A stretch of DNA of 64,000 nucleotides from Candidatus Krumholzibacteriia bacterium (GTDB taxonomy: Bacteria > Krumholzibacteriota > Krumholzibacteriia > LZORAL124-64-63). The stretch covers positions 3,766-67,765 of the forward strand of contig CAWGRT010000015.1 in NCBI GenBank assembly GCA_963825035.1, given 5' to 3'. The position numbers were made by a program, and so were the translations under genes. Below, piece by piece: positions 30,961 to 41,670 of the stretch (position 1 is its first letter; every line of letters begins with the position of its first letter). A model generated the notes under the pieces. That model searched no databases, was not told the DNA's origin, and saw only the letters and a list, made by a program, of their open reading frames with translations.

Positions 30961-33900
30961 GTGAGGATGGGGAGCGCCAGCAGCCGTGCCGGCCGGGTCT
31001 GCCCGTTCCGCGCGCCTGCCGTGATCCCGGTGCTCCTGCTGGCGGTCCTGCTGGCCCCGTCCCCGGCCGCGGCCGATCCCCATTACGAAGGTCCTCTCCT
31101 GTACGGCCTGGACCCGGTGGTCCGCACCACCGTGGACCCGCGGCTGCTGGGCGTGGACCGGCTGGTGCTGCGCGGTCGCCTCGAGGCGCTGGGCGTGGAT
31201 CCGGTCCGGGACCACGGTGCCCGGCCCACCCTGGCCTCGAGCCTGCGCCGCCGCTTCAACGAGCGGGCGGGCGTCGATCTGGTGCGCCGGGAAACCCTGC
31301 TGGAGTACAACGACGAGCTGGGCCTGCTCACGAAGGTCGAGTACCCCAAGTGGCTGTATCTGTTCCCGCCGGCGGAAACCCTGCCGGGCGGTTTCCTCTA
31401 CTATCCGCCCCGCCGCCTGTTCGAGCCGGGGGTCACCCTCTTCGTGGACGACCTGCAGGGGGCCATGGCCCGGGCCCACGACGCGGCGGCCGTCGCCAGC
31501 GCGCATCGGGAAGCTGACGGTGGTGGGGGCCGGCAAGCGCGCCCAGGGGGACGAGGGGCTGATCAACCTGACCATCCCCATCAAGCTGCCGCGGACCCTG
31601 GAGAAGATCATCGGCCGCGGCGAGAAGACCCGCATCAAGATCTCCGGCCGCGAGCGCCTGGCCATCACCGGCGAGAGCACCGTGGTCAAGCCCTTCACCC
31701 CCAACGAGCGGGTCACCAGCCAGTCGCTGTTCCCCACCCTGGACATGGAGCAGGAACTGCAGATCAACCTCTCGGGCACCATCGGCGAGAAGATCATCCT
31801 GGAGGTGGACCACAACTGCGGCGGCCATCGGCCCGGACGCCACCAAGATCAAGCTGATGTACCAGGGCACCGAGGACGAGGTCATCAAGACCATCGAGAC
31901 CGGTGACGTGGGCCTGACCCTGCCCGGCAGCCAGCTGCTGGGCTACAGCAGCAACAAGTCGGGCCTTTTCGGCATCAAGGTCACCGGCCAGGTGGGCCGC
32001 GCCGACTTCACGGTGGTGGCCTCCAAGCAGAAGGCCGAGTCCAGCAGCAAGACCTTCAACTCCAAGGGCGGGACGGTGACGCCGCAGGTCTTCACCTCCG
32101 CCCAGTACATCAACAACCGGTTCTTCAAGCTGGTCAGCGGCCTGGAGACCGGGCCCGTGCCGGCGGGCTGGCAGGTGGACCGCACGTCCATCCAGGTCTT
32201 CCGGCTGCGCCAAGGGGTCGGGGCGGCGGGGCCCGAAGACATCACCAACGCGGCGGTCTACGTGGACTCCAGCGGGATCTGGGCCGACTACCGGAACAAC
32301 ACCGAGCCCTTGACCTCGGGTTTCGTGTGGTCGCCGGTGCCGGCCACCCTCCTGTACGACACGAACAACAACGTCTATGCCGTGGACATCGGTGCGCCGG
32401 CGGCGGACACCGATTGGCTGGGCATCACGTACAGGTACCTGGACGCCGCCAACAACGTGGTGGCCGAGGTGGGCGACGACGTGGGGGCTCCGGCCGGCCA
32501 CGACATCCCCAACAGCACGGAGAAGTGGTATGCGCTGAAGGCCCTGAAGGTGCCGTCCAACATCTACCAACCCATCTGCTACGGGTACGTGGTGCGCAAC
32601 ATCTACTCCCTGGGCGGCACCAACATCGACGCCAGCACCTTCGACTTCCAGATCCAGACCACCGAGAACGTGGGCAATCCCCAGCAGGACAAGAGACGGC
32701 GTCCCCTACTTCGAGATCTTCGGCCTCGACACCCAGGATGCCCAGGGCAATGCCGGCGCCGACGGCGTGGTGGACTACGACCGGCCGGAGATCTTCGACC
32801 TGGACCGGGGGCTGCTCAAGTGGCCCGTGGATGTGCCGCAGCCCTTCGCGCCGGATCCGACCATCGCGGCCGCGTACTTCGAGAGCAACGTCACCAGCGA
32901 CCCCGCCTGGACGTACGCGTCGAGCACCTACCTCAACGAGCACCAGGCGCCGAAGCTGTACAGCCCCGAGCTGGCGGACATCACGAACCGCAGCAGCTAC
33001 GCCTACTTCCAGCTCGTGTCCACCCACGCCGCCGTCAGCAGCAGCTTCAGCCTGGGCGCGTCGAACATCCAGGAGGGCTCCGAGACCGTCACCCTCGACG
33101 GCAAGACCCTGACCAAGGGCACCGACTACGAGATCGACTACACCTTCGGCGAGATCACCCTCAAGGGCGAGGCCGCCAGCCTCAACGCCGGACAGCCAGA
33201 TCTCCGTGACCTACCAGTACTCGCCCTTCTTCGGCGGCGGCAACACCAGCCTGCTGGGCTTCAACCTGGGCTACGACCTGGGCCGCGACAGCAAGGCGGC
33301 CGACCACCTGGCTGTACCAGACCGAGTCCATCGTCGGCGAGAAGGCCAAGCTGGGCGAGGAGCCCAGCAAGACCCTGGTGGGCAACCTGAACCTGCAGCA
33401 CACCGTCAAGCCGGGCATCCTGACCAGGTTCGCCAACCTCCTCAGCCGGCGGAACACCGAGCGCGAGAGCTCGGTCCAGTTCTCGGGCGAGGTGGCCATC
33501 AGCCTGCCCAACCCCAACACCAAGGGCGTGGCCTACCTGGAGGACTTCGAGGGGGTCGACGCCTCGGACATCATCGGCCTGGTCCGGCCCAGTTGGTCCT
33601 GGGCCAGCGTGCCCCGCCTGCCCGTGGCCAGCGCGCACTTCCGCTGGTTCACGGCCGAGGATCGCGTGCCGAAGATCCGCTGGTTCCTGCCCAAGGACCG
33701 CGTGCCCCGCCGCTGGCTGAACCCGGACCTGGTGAACCAGGAGCGCGACGAGACCCAGCAGGTGATGGAACTGTACCTGGGCAGCGACGACGGCACGTGG
33801 GAGTCCAACCGAGTGGGGCGGCATCATGCGCGGCGTCAGCCGCACCGGCCTGGACCTGTCCAAGTCCCAGTTCGTGGAGATCTGGGTCAACGACGGCGAG

Positions 33901-36900
33901 CTGGATCCCGACGCCAGCGCAGCGGGCGCCTGCACATCGACTTCGGCTACATCAACGAGGACGGCTTCTGGCCGCGTGACAGGACGACACCCTGGAGATC
34001 GGGACCTGGCAGCGGGAGGACGGCATCAACTACGACCCGCAGACAGGGGTCGGGTCGCCCGCCGACGGCATCTACACCCAGGCCGAGGACATCGGCCTGG
34101 ACGGCAAGGGCATGGACGGACCCCAGAAGTACCAGCGCCGACTACAACGTGGCAGGCGACGAGCCGTACCCCTTCATCAACGGCACGGCCGAACAACGGC
34201 AAGCTGGACACCGAGGACCTGAACGGCGACGACAACCTCAACCGCCTGGACGGCTACTTCACCGCCACCATCGACCTGCACGAGACCGCCGCCCTGGTGG
34301 ACGTGCGTCTGCGACTACGCCAACCTGGGCGACATGCCCGACAACCAGGCCTGGCGCAAGTACCGCATCGCCCTGGGCGAGGTGGACTCGGTGGCCGCCG
34401 GCACCGCCGCCAACATCCGCGCCGTCACCCACGTGCGCATCTGGTACGAGACGACGACCCGGGGACCGCCGGCGCGGTCCAGCGCATCCAGCTTTCGGAG
34501 TTCCGCTTCCTGGGCAGCCGCTGGGAGCGGGAGGGCGTGCGCCGGGTGGGGGACGAGGCCCTGCTCGGGCCCGGCGGACAAGGTGCCGGGCGAGGAGTTC
34601 TTCCTGGGGGAGGTGAACAACAAGGAGAACCCGGACTTCGAGCTGCCCTTCGCCGTGCGGGTGGACAACAACCTGCCCGAGAAGGAGCAGGCCCTGGTCC
34701 TGGACTTCAAGAACCTGGAGCCGGGCCACCTGATGCGCACCAGCAAGCAGGTCTCGGTCCGGGGCGACGACTACACCACCTACCGGGAGCTGACCTGGTA
34801 CTGGTACAACCCCAGCCACAACACCGCCGACGTGGACCTGTTCTTCCGGGTGGGCGCCGACACCCTGAACTACTACGAGGTCGCCTACGCCTTCGCCGAC
34901 CGGGCCGACAAGGTGGGCTGGCAGGTGGCGGCCGTCGACCTCAAGGACCTCAGCAACGTCAAGAACGCGCCCGTACGACGACGACGGCGTGCGCCGCGCC
35001 GTGCTGCCGGATGCCCGCGGCAACGGCGAGTACCGGGTGCGCGGTGGTGGGCCGGCCCGACCTGCGCGCGGTCCGCCGCTACTACTTCGGCGTGGCCAAC
35101 AACGCGGCTCAGCGAGCCGGTCACCGGCTACTTCTACTTCAACGACATCAAGCTGGAGGGGGTCAAGACGGGACATGGGCATGGCCCAGCGGGCGGGCGT
35201 GCGCGTGAACATGGCCGACGTGATCAAGGTGGACTTCGACTGGAGCCACAGCGACGCCGAGTTCCACGGCCTGGACTCGCGCAAGGGCTCGGGCGTGGAC
35301 GCCACCGACTGGAACCTGGCGCACCAACTTCGCGGTGGACGACTTCCTGCCCCTGGCGGGCTTCCGCCTGCCGGTGAACCTGTCGCGGCGCCGGACCATC
35401 CAGCGGCCCAAGTACGAGATCAACAGCGACATCGAGATCATCGACGTCAACGTCCGCAACCGCCAGTCCACCCTCGAGGAACGCGACGGCTTCTCCACGC
35501 GCCTGAGCCACTCGCCCTCGTCGGCGGCGGTGCTGCGCTACGTGATCGATCCCTGGACCTTCGCCTTCTCGGGATCGCGGTCCTGGCGGTCGTCAGCCCA
35601 CGGCGGAGAGCAAGCAGAAGAACCTGCAGGGCTCGGCCAACTACGACCTGCGGCTCCCGGGGCGCTACACCTTCGGCAACTACCCGCTGCTGAACCGGGT
35701 GCCGGTGCTCAAGGGCCTGGCCTTCGTGCCCACCGAAGGTGGGCTTCGGCGGCGTCGTTCACCAGCGACCGAGACCGACGCCCTGAACATCGCCGACGAC
35801 GGGACGGTGACCGTGCGGCCCACCACCCGCAGCCGCCCCGGTTCCCTCACCGCCAGCATCGGACTACGAGCCCCTGACGGTGCTCAGCCTCAGCACCACG
35901 GTCAAGAGCGAGCGCGACCTGCTGCGGCCCAAGCAGGCCCTGGGCCTGAACGTCGGCGAGGAGAACCGCCGCAGCTACGACCTGCGCATGACCATCTCGC
36001 CGCCCCGGCCGCCGAGCTGGGCAACTCGCCGCTGCTGATGCCGGTGCGCGCCCTGACGCGCCAGGTCAACGCCCTGCGGCCCAGCGTCCAGTTCACCGGC
36101 GGCTTCGCCGACGACCACAGCCCCGGCATGCAGCAGCCGGGCGATCCCGCCGGGCATCCGCAGCATCAGCAACAACAACAACTGGGAGTTCCGCTTCAGC
36201 GTGCCGGTGGGCGACGCCGTCAAGGCCGTCTACCCCGAAAAGAAGTACACCGAGGCCGAGCGCCAGCGGCTGATCCAGCAACAGGAGCAGCGCGAGCAGC
36301 AGGCCATGCACGCCGGCGCCGACAGCACGACGGTCCAGCTGACCCCCGAGGAGACCGAGGGGTTGACTCCCGAGGAGATCCGCAAGCTGCGGCAGAAGCG
36401 CCTGCTGGAGGCGGCCGAGGCCGCGGCGGAACAGGAGCGGCAGCTCCGACGGCGACAAGGAGCAGTCGGCCGGCGGGCCTCCCCTGACCGTGGGCCGGGT
36501 GCTCAACGCCCTGGCCATGCCCCTGCGGGAACTGACGCCGGTGAAGCTCACCTGGACCGACAAGAAGACCTCGTCGTACGCGCGGTACACCGGGGACACG
36601 CCTTTCTGGTACAAGACCGGCCTGACGCCCCAGATCGACGGCGGCGACAGTCTGGCCGTGTCCTACTCGGCCTGCAGGACCGCAAGGCCATGAACGTGGC
36701 CGCCACCACCAAGCTGGCGCGCTCGGTCTCCCTGGACGTGAAGTACGCCAAGACCACCGGGGTGCGGAACCAGGCGGGCGCCGAGACCCAGGTCCTACCA
36801 GCAGGACTGGCCGGACGTGCAGGTGTCGGTCACGGGCATGGAGCGCTGGCCCCTGCTGGGCGACGGCGACGGCACGCCGGACTCGGGCTGGTTCCGGTCC

Positions 36901-37425
36901 TCGAACCTGAACGTGAGCTACAAGCGCAGCCGGACGGTGAACAACTACACGCCACCTACTTCAACCCGGCGACCACCTGGAACCTGAGCCCGCGCTGGAC
37001 CGGCACCTTCCACAGCGGCCTGACCGCGACCCTGACCCTGACCCGGTCGGCGGACAAGACCGTCAACAACAGCGTCGACCACCGACCGGGCGCGGACGCG
37101 CATGGGCCTGCAGCTGCGCCACAAGTTCCGGGCGCAGAAGCTGCTGATCAAGCTGGGCCTGTACCGGCCGGGGAGCACGCCCGCCATCGACATGGACGTG
37201 GACCTGTCCTGGGAGACGGACCGCACCGAGCGCATCAATCCCGGCGGGCAGGCCATCGAGCCCACCGGGACCACGCGCTACAGCGTCAACCCGCGCTTCA
37301 CCTACCAGGTGACGCGGAACCTGAGCGGGTCCCTGCGGTTCATCTTCAGCCGCTCGGCGAACCTCGCCTCGGGGCAGTCCACCACCACCCTCGGCCTGGG
37401 CCTGGAGGCGACCTTTGTGTTCTGA
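30961..37425 (+). CDS. sprA: SprA/Sov-family type IX secretion system translocon (about 2150 aa), at least 12 frame breaks
   Basis: Signal peptide VIPVLLLAVLLAPSPAAA. LINLTIPIKLPRTLEKIIGRGEKTRIKISGRERLAITGES...SLFPTLDMEQELQINLSGTIGEKIILEVDHN; IKLMYQGTEDEVIKTIETGDVGLTLPGSQLLGYSSNKSGLFGIKVTGQVGRADFTVVASKQKAESSSKTFNSKGG...YINNRFFKL, recalled from memory as close to conserved Flavobacterium SprA blocks. The last beta-strand ends LGLGLEATFVF. Reading continues through ORFs 31857.., 32767.., 33378.., 33826.., 34334.., 35335.., 36201.., 37102... Confidence 0.8.
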
Positions 37426-38364
37426 CCGCCGACTGCCGCCGGCCCTGGCCTGCCTGGTGCTGGCCTGGTCGTGTGCCGCGTCCGCCGCCGCCGCGGGCGA
37501 CGTGCCCGCCTTCTCCGGCGAGCGCGCCCTGGCGCTGGTGCAGGCCCAGTGCGACCTGGGACCGCGCACCCCCGGCAGCGCGGGGGCGGAGGCCCTGCGC
37601 GGTCCTGATCGAGCGCACCGCGCGCGACGCGGGCCTGACGGCGGTGCGCCTGCCGGTGACCGCGCCCGACCCCCTGGGCGGCGCGGACCTGCGAGGTGTG
37701 CAACATCGTGGTTTCGGCGGGCCCGGCCGGCGGCGAGCGCCTGTGGCTGGCGGCCCACTACGACACCCGGCCCCGGGCGGACATGGATCCGGACCCGCAG
37801 CGGCGCGACGAGCCCATCCCCGGGGCCAACGACGGGGCCAGCGGCACGGCGGTCCTGCTGCATCTGATGGAACTCTTCGGCGCGACGGCCGCCGCCCCAG
37901 GGCGTGGATCTGATCTTCCTGGACCTGGAGGACTCGGGCCTGCCCGCGGCAGCCGGCGACCTACTGCCTGGGCGCGCAGCCACCTGGCGCGGACCTGGCA
38001 GGACTTCGGCAGCCCCCTGGCCAGGGCACGCCGCGCGGGGCTGGTCCTGCTGGACATGGTGGGGGACAGGACCTGGCGCATCCCCATGGAGCGCAACTCC
38101 CTGGTGCCGGGCCGCGGCCTGGACCCGGGCCTGGTCTTCGACCGGGCGGCGGCCCTGGGGCTGGACGGCCTTCGCGCCGCGGCCGGGGCGCGCGGTGATC
38201 GACGACCACGTGCCGTTCCTGGATGCGGGGATCCCGGCGGTGGACCTCATCGACTTCGACTATCCCGGCCTGGCACACGACCGCCGACACTGCCGGCGGC
38301 CTGCTCCGCGGCCAGCCTGGGCCAGGTGGGGCGCCTGCTGGCCGACCTGGCCTACCGGCCCTAG
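37415..38364 (+). CDS. M28-fold protein resembling bacterial glutaminyl-peptide cyclotransferase, about 3 frame breaks
   Basis: TTG at 37415 overlaps the sprA 3' end by 11 nt. Signal peptide LACLVLAWSCAASAAAAG. ERLWLAAHYDTRPRADMDPDPQRRDEPIPGANDGASGTAVLLHLMELF, VDLIFLDLEDSG, LVLLDMVGD, DDHVPFLDAGIPAVDLIDFDYP..WHT.AD. Confidence 0.65.
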
Positions 38365-38466
38365 CGTCCGCTAGCCCGCGATCCGGGCTAAACCCGGCCC
38401 CGGAGCCTGCCGAAAACCCCTGCAGAGCCAGTCCCTGTTAGCCCGGAATCTGCAAAGGAGCGGGGC

Positions 38467-39095
38467 ATGATCACCACTTGCACCGTCTGTCAGGCCCGTT
38501 ACCAGCTGGAGGACGACAAGGTCCCCCGCCGCGTGGTCCGCGTGCGCTGCCCCGCGTGCAGCGGCGTCTTCTCCCTGGACGGCTCGAAGCTCGGCGCGCC
38601 GCGCCGGCGCCCGCCGTCCCGGAGCGGATCGAGGGCCTGGAGATCGGGTTTCCCCGCGCCCCAGGCGCCGCTGGCCGCACCCGAGCCCGCGGCCGAGCCG
38701 CCTGGCGTCGCCGGCGCCGGCGCCGAGCCCCAGCGCCGCGCGGCCGCCGCGCCGGCGCGGGAGGCCGCGCCCGCTGGCCGTACCGGCTCCCACCGCGGCC
38801 GCCGCCGACCGTGGCCGCGGACGCGGACCCGGCGCCCGCCGCGGTCGGTCCGCGCCGCCGCCGCTCCAAGGAGGAGATGCTGGCCCGCGCCCTGGTCTCG
38901 GACATCCTCGTCTACAACCGCGACCAGCGCGACGCGGCCCTGCGCGCCGGCAACCTGGTGGAGGCCCTGGGTCCGGAGATCAAGAAGTCGTGGGAGCTCT
39001 ACAAGGAGAAGGTGGGGCCGGAGGTGGCCAACAGCACCAACCACTTCCGCGAAGCGCTGAACGAGATCCTCGCCGAGGGCGAGAAGATCTTCTAG
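38467..39095 (+). CDS. MJ0042-type zinc-ribbon protein with an Ala/Pro/Arg-rich linker and a conserved C-terminal helical domain, one frame break
   Basis: MITTCTVCQARYQLEDDKVPRRVVRVRCPACSGVFSL (CxxC...CxxC). C-terminus in ORF 38478..39095: EEMLARALVSDILVYNRDQRDAALRAGNLVEALGPEIKKSWELYKEKVGPEVANSTNHFREALNEIL. Confidence 0.6.
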
Positions 39096-39170
39096 GCCCG
39101 CGCCGACGCCGATACGCGGGACGCGGCTCCTTCAGGGGCCGCGTCCTTGCGTCCGGGCGCGGACGCCGGA

Positions 39171-39617
39171 TCACTCCCGCCACTTGCTCTTGCTGATCTC
39201 GCCCGAGGATATCATCGATCTGCTGGCGCACCCGCACGTTGTGGTCCTCCTCGAAGAGGGCCTGCTTGACGCGCCCCTGCTCGTCCTTCTTCACGTAGCG
39301 CAAGGCCTGCAGGTCGGCCATGGACATCAGGATGTCCTTGCTGACGCGCACCTCCACCGGGGTGCCGTCCTGGTTTGGCCGCGGGATTGGCGAAGGGGTG
39401 CATGCCGTTGCCCCAGCCGTGGACCACCATGGAGCAGAGCAGGGCCCGGAAGGTGTTCTGTCCCTGGACGGTCTCCAGGTCGAAGTTGCCGCCGACGCTG
39501 CTCGGTGACGCTGTCGATCACGGCGCAGAGCTTGACGACCAGGGCCTCGTCGATCTCCAACTGCAGGAGGCGGGCGAACATGGTCTTGAGGATCCGGTCG
39601 GTGTTGGTGGTGGTCAT
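39171..39617 (-). CDS. hypothetical protein of about 148 aa (2-3 frame breaks), divergent from the GTPase gene
   Basis: ATG at 39617 behind AGGAG. MTTTNTDRILKTMFARLLQLEIDEALVVKLCAVIDSVTEQ / NFDLETVQGQNTFRALLCSMVVHGWGNGMHPFANP / DGTPVEVRVSKDILMSMADLQALRYVKKDEQGRVKQALFEEDHNVRVRQQIDDILG. Inferred end ..EISKSKWRE-TGA at 39171-39173. I recognise no family. Confidence 0.4.
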
Positions 39618-39793
39618 CTGGTCGCTCCTGGTGCGTGAGTTGGCCGCAGAATGCCCGGTCCGGCCGCGCGAGGGCGGCCCGAACCCGGGTCTTGGCGTCG
39701 GTGCTCCGCCCGCCCGTAAGCAATTAGCTTGCCCAAGCCTGGCGGCCGCGGGCGACGCACCTGACCATTTGGAAAAAATCAGCCGCCGAACCG

Positions 39794-39809
39794 TGGCACA
39801 CCGTTTGCT
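39794..39809 (+). promoter_or_regulatory. consensus sigma-54 promoter upstream of the MglA-like GTPase gene
   Basis: TGGCAC-ACCGT-TTGCT, an exact match to TGGCAC-N5-TTGCW. Intergenic, correctly oriented, about 68 nt before the proposed TTG start. Confidence 0.6.
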
Positions 39810-39876
39810 CGTACGGGGCCGGAACGCGCGGAGCGGCGCAAACCGCCGGCGGACACGCAACGCGAGGTCGCCGAAG

Positions 39877-40683
39877 TTGCCCCAGACCACCAAGACCGCC
39901 GTAAGAACCTGCCGCCTGCTCTACTACGGGCCGGCCGGCGTCGGCAAGCGCGAGAACCTCAGCGTGATCCACCGGACCATTCCCCCCGAATCGCGCCTGC
40001 AGGTGGCCGTGGAGGATCCGGAGCGGCAGATCGCCTTCCAGTTCCGGAGGCCGGGCGAGGCCCCCTGGCACGTGCTGGTGCAGGCGGTGGACGCCGGGCG
40101 CGAGCGCCCGCGGCTGCCGGGCACCGAGACAGGTGCCGCCCTTGGACGCGGTGGTCTTCGCCATCGACTCGGGTGCCGCGCACCTGGACCAGAGCCTGGC
40201 GGCCTTCGAGTCCCTGAAGATGTACCTGGAGAGCTGGGGCCTGGACCTGATGGATGTGCCGGTGGTGCTCCAGTACAACCGGCGCGGCGCACCCGACGCC
40301 CTGCCGGTGGACCGCCTGGAGAGCCTGCTGAATCCCTGGGGCATGCTGGCCTTCCCGGCCGACTCGGCCCGGGGCGAGGGGGTCCGCGAGACCCTCAAGT
40401 CGATCCTCGGCCTGGCCCTGAACCACGTGGCGAGCACGACCGCCGCGGCGAGCGTCGCGGAGCGCCCCGGCCAGCGCCGGCGGAACGGGGCCTGCAGCTG
40501 GAGTACGGGCCGCCGACACCCGGCGCCGAGATCACGCCGGAGACCGCCGCGCGCGGCCGGGCGATCCTCAACGAGATGAGCCCGCCGGTGGTCGTGCCGG
40601 TGCGCATCCCCCGGCGGCTGGTGGACGGGCGCGGTCCCGTGCGCCTGCTGCTGGAAGTCGAACTGATGGACGACGAGGACTGA
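39877..40683 (+). CDS. MglA-family Ras-like small GTPase paralog with degenerate nucleotide-binding motifs and a C-terminal extension, 2 frame breaks
   Basis: CRLLYYGPAGVGKRENLSVIHRTIP (MglA-like KIVYYGPGLxGKTT context, but GKR). VLVQAVDAGRERP replaces the TVPGQ switch II. LDAVVFAIDS..., VPVVLQYNRRGAPDALPVDRLESLLNP (NKxD becomes NRRG). ARGEGVRETLKSIL. Tail ...PVVVPVRIPRRLVDGRGPVRLLLEVELMDDED. Confidence 0.6.
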   Translation: MPQTTKTAVRTCRLLYYGPAGVGKRENLSVIHRTIPPESRLQVAVEDPERQIAFQFRRPGEAPWHVLVQAVDAGRERPRLPGTETGAALGRGGLRHRLGCRAPGPEPGGLRVPEDVPGELGPGPDGCAGGAPVQPARRTRRPAGGPPGEPAESLGHAGLPGRLGPGRGGPRDPQVDPRPGPEPRGEHDRRGERRGAPRPAPAERGLQLEYGPPTPGAEITPETAARGRAILNEMSPPVVVPVRIPRRLVDGRGPVRLLLEVELMDDED

Positions 40684-40740
40684 CGGCTGATCCCCGCCGC
40701 CGTTGACCGCCGGCCCCGCCCTGGAGCTAATCCTGCCGCC

Positions 40741-41615
40741 ATGAGCACCGACCATGCCGCAGCCGCGCGGGACGACGATCCGCACCGCTCGGGACCCGAC
40801 ATCTTCGCCGCCGGCCGCGAGGCCGAACGGGCCGGGCGCTTCAGCGAGGCCCGTCACGCCTACGAGGCGGCCGTGGCCGCCTGCCCGGTCGTGCCGACTG
40901 GCACTACCGGCTGGGGTGCGTCTGCCTGAAGCTGGAGGATCCCGTCTCGGCGGAGAACAGCCTTCCGCCGTTCCCTGGAACTGGAGCCGGCGTCGGCCAC
41001 GACCCTGACCAACCTGGGGGTGAGCCTGGACCGGCAGGGCCGCCGCGAGGAGGCCGTCCGCGCCTACCGCCGCTCGCTCCAGCACGGCGGCACCGCGGTC
41101 GCCCACCACAACCTCGGGCTCGATCCACGCCGAGGAGGGGCGCACCGAGGAGGCCATCCGCGCCTTCGAGGCGGCCATCGCCCTGGAGCCCGACGCCGAG
41201 GCGTACCTGAACCTGGGGCTGGTCCACGTGGCCCGGCAGCGACTACGCCCGGGCCCTGGGCTGCTTCGAGCAGAGCGTCGCCTGCGATCCGGGCTTCGCC
41301 CTGGGGCACTACCACGCCGCCCTGTGCCTGAAGAAGACGGGCCGCTACGACGACGCCTGCCGCGGCTTCGACGCGCCTGGAGCCTGGACGCGCGCCTGGC
41401 CCGGGTGCCGTTCCACCTGGGCACCTGCCTGCACAAGCTGGAACGCTACGACGAGGCCCGGCGCAGCCTGGAGACGGCCCTGGAGTTCTTTCCCGACGAC
41501 GGCCGCGTCCACTACCAGCTGGCCCTGACCTGCGACGCCCTCGGGCTGCCCCAGGAGGCCCGCCGAGCACTACGGCCGCGCGCGGGCCCTGGGCCCGGAC
41601 GGCCGCGTCACCTGA
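40741..41615 (+). CDS. tetratricopeptide-repeat protein, about 5 frame breaks
   Basis: Across frames: FSEARHAYEAAVAACP, TTLTNLGVSLDRQGRREEAVRAYRRSLQ, EEAIRAFEAAIALEPDAEAYLNLGLV, ALGHYHAALCLKKTGRYDDA, VPFHLGTCLHKLERYDEARRSLETALEFFPDDGRVHYQLALTCDALG. Stop TGA at 41613-41615. Confidence 0.7.
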
Positions 41616-41670
41616 CCACCCCAACAGTGCCCGGACGCCCGGCCGGCGTCCGCCGCGGGAGCCGACAACC

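Noticed and set aside
38600-38860. Repetitive-looking GCC/GCG/CCG-rich stretches here and in the RodZ-like gene (60150-60450), considered as tandem repeats.
   Set aside because: They encode Ala/Pro/Arg-rich low-complexity linkers between folded domains, and I could find no exact repeat unit or periodicity beyond codon bias.
40066-40081. Other TGGCAC occurrences: TGGCACgtgctGGTGC here, TGGCACcggggCCCCT at about 47853, and the reversed arrangement GTGCCAggggTGCAA at 53167-53181.
   Set aside because: They lack the TTGC -12 element at the correct spacing or have the wrong order or orientation. Two of them lie inside a coding region or a terminator stem.
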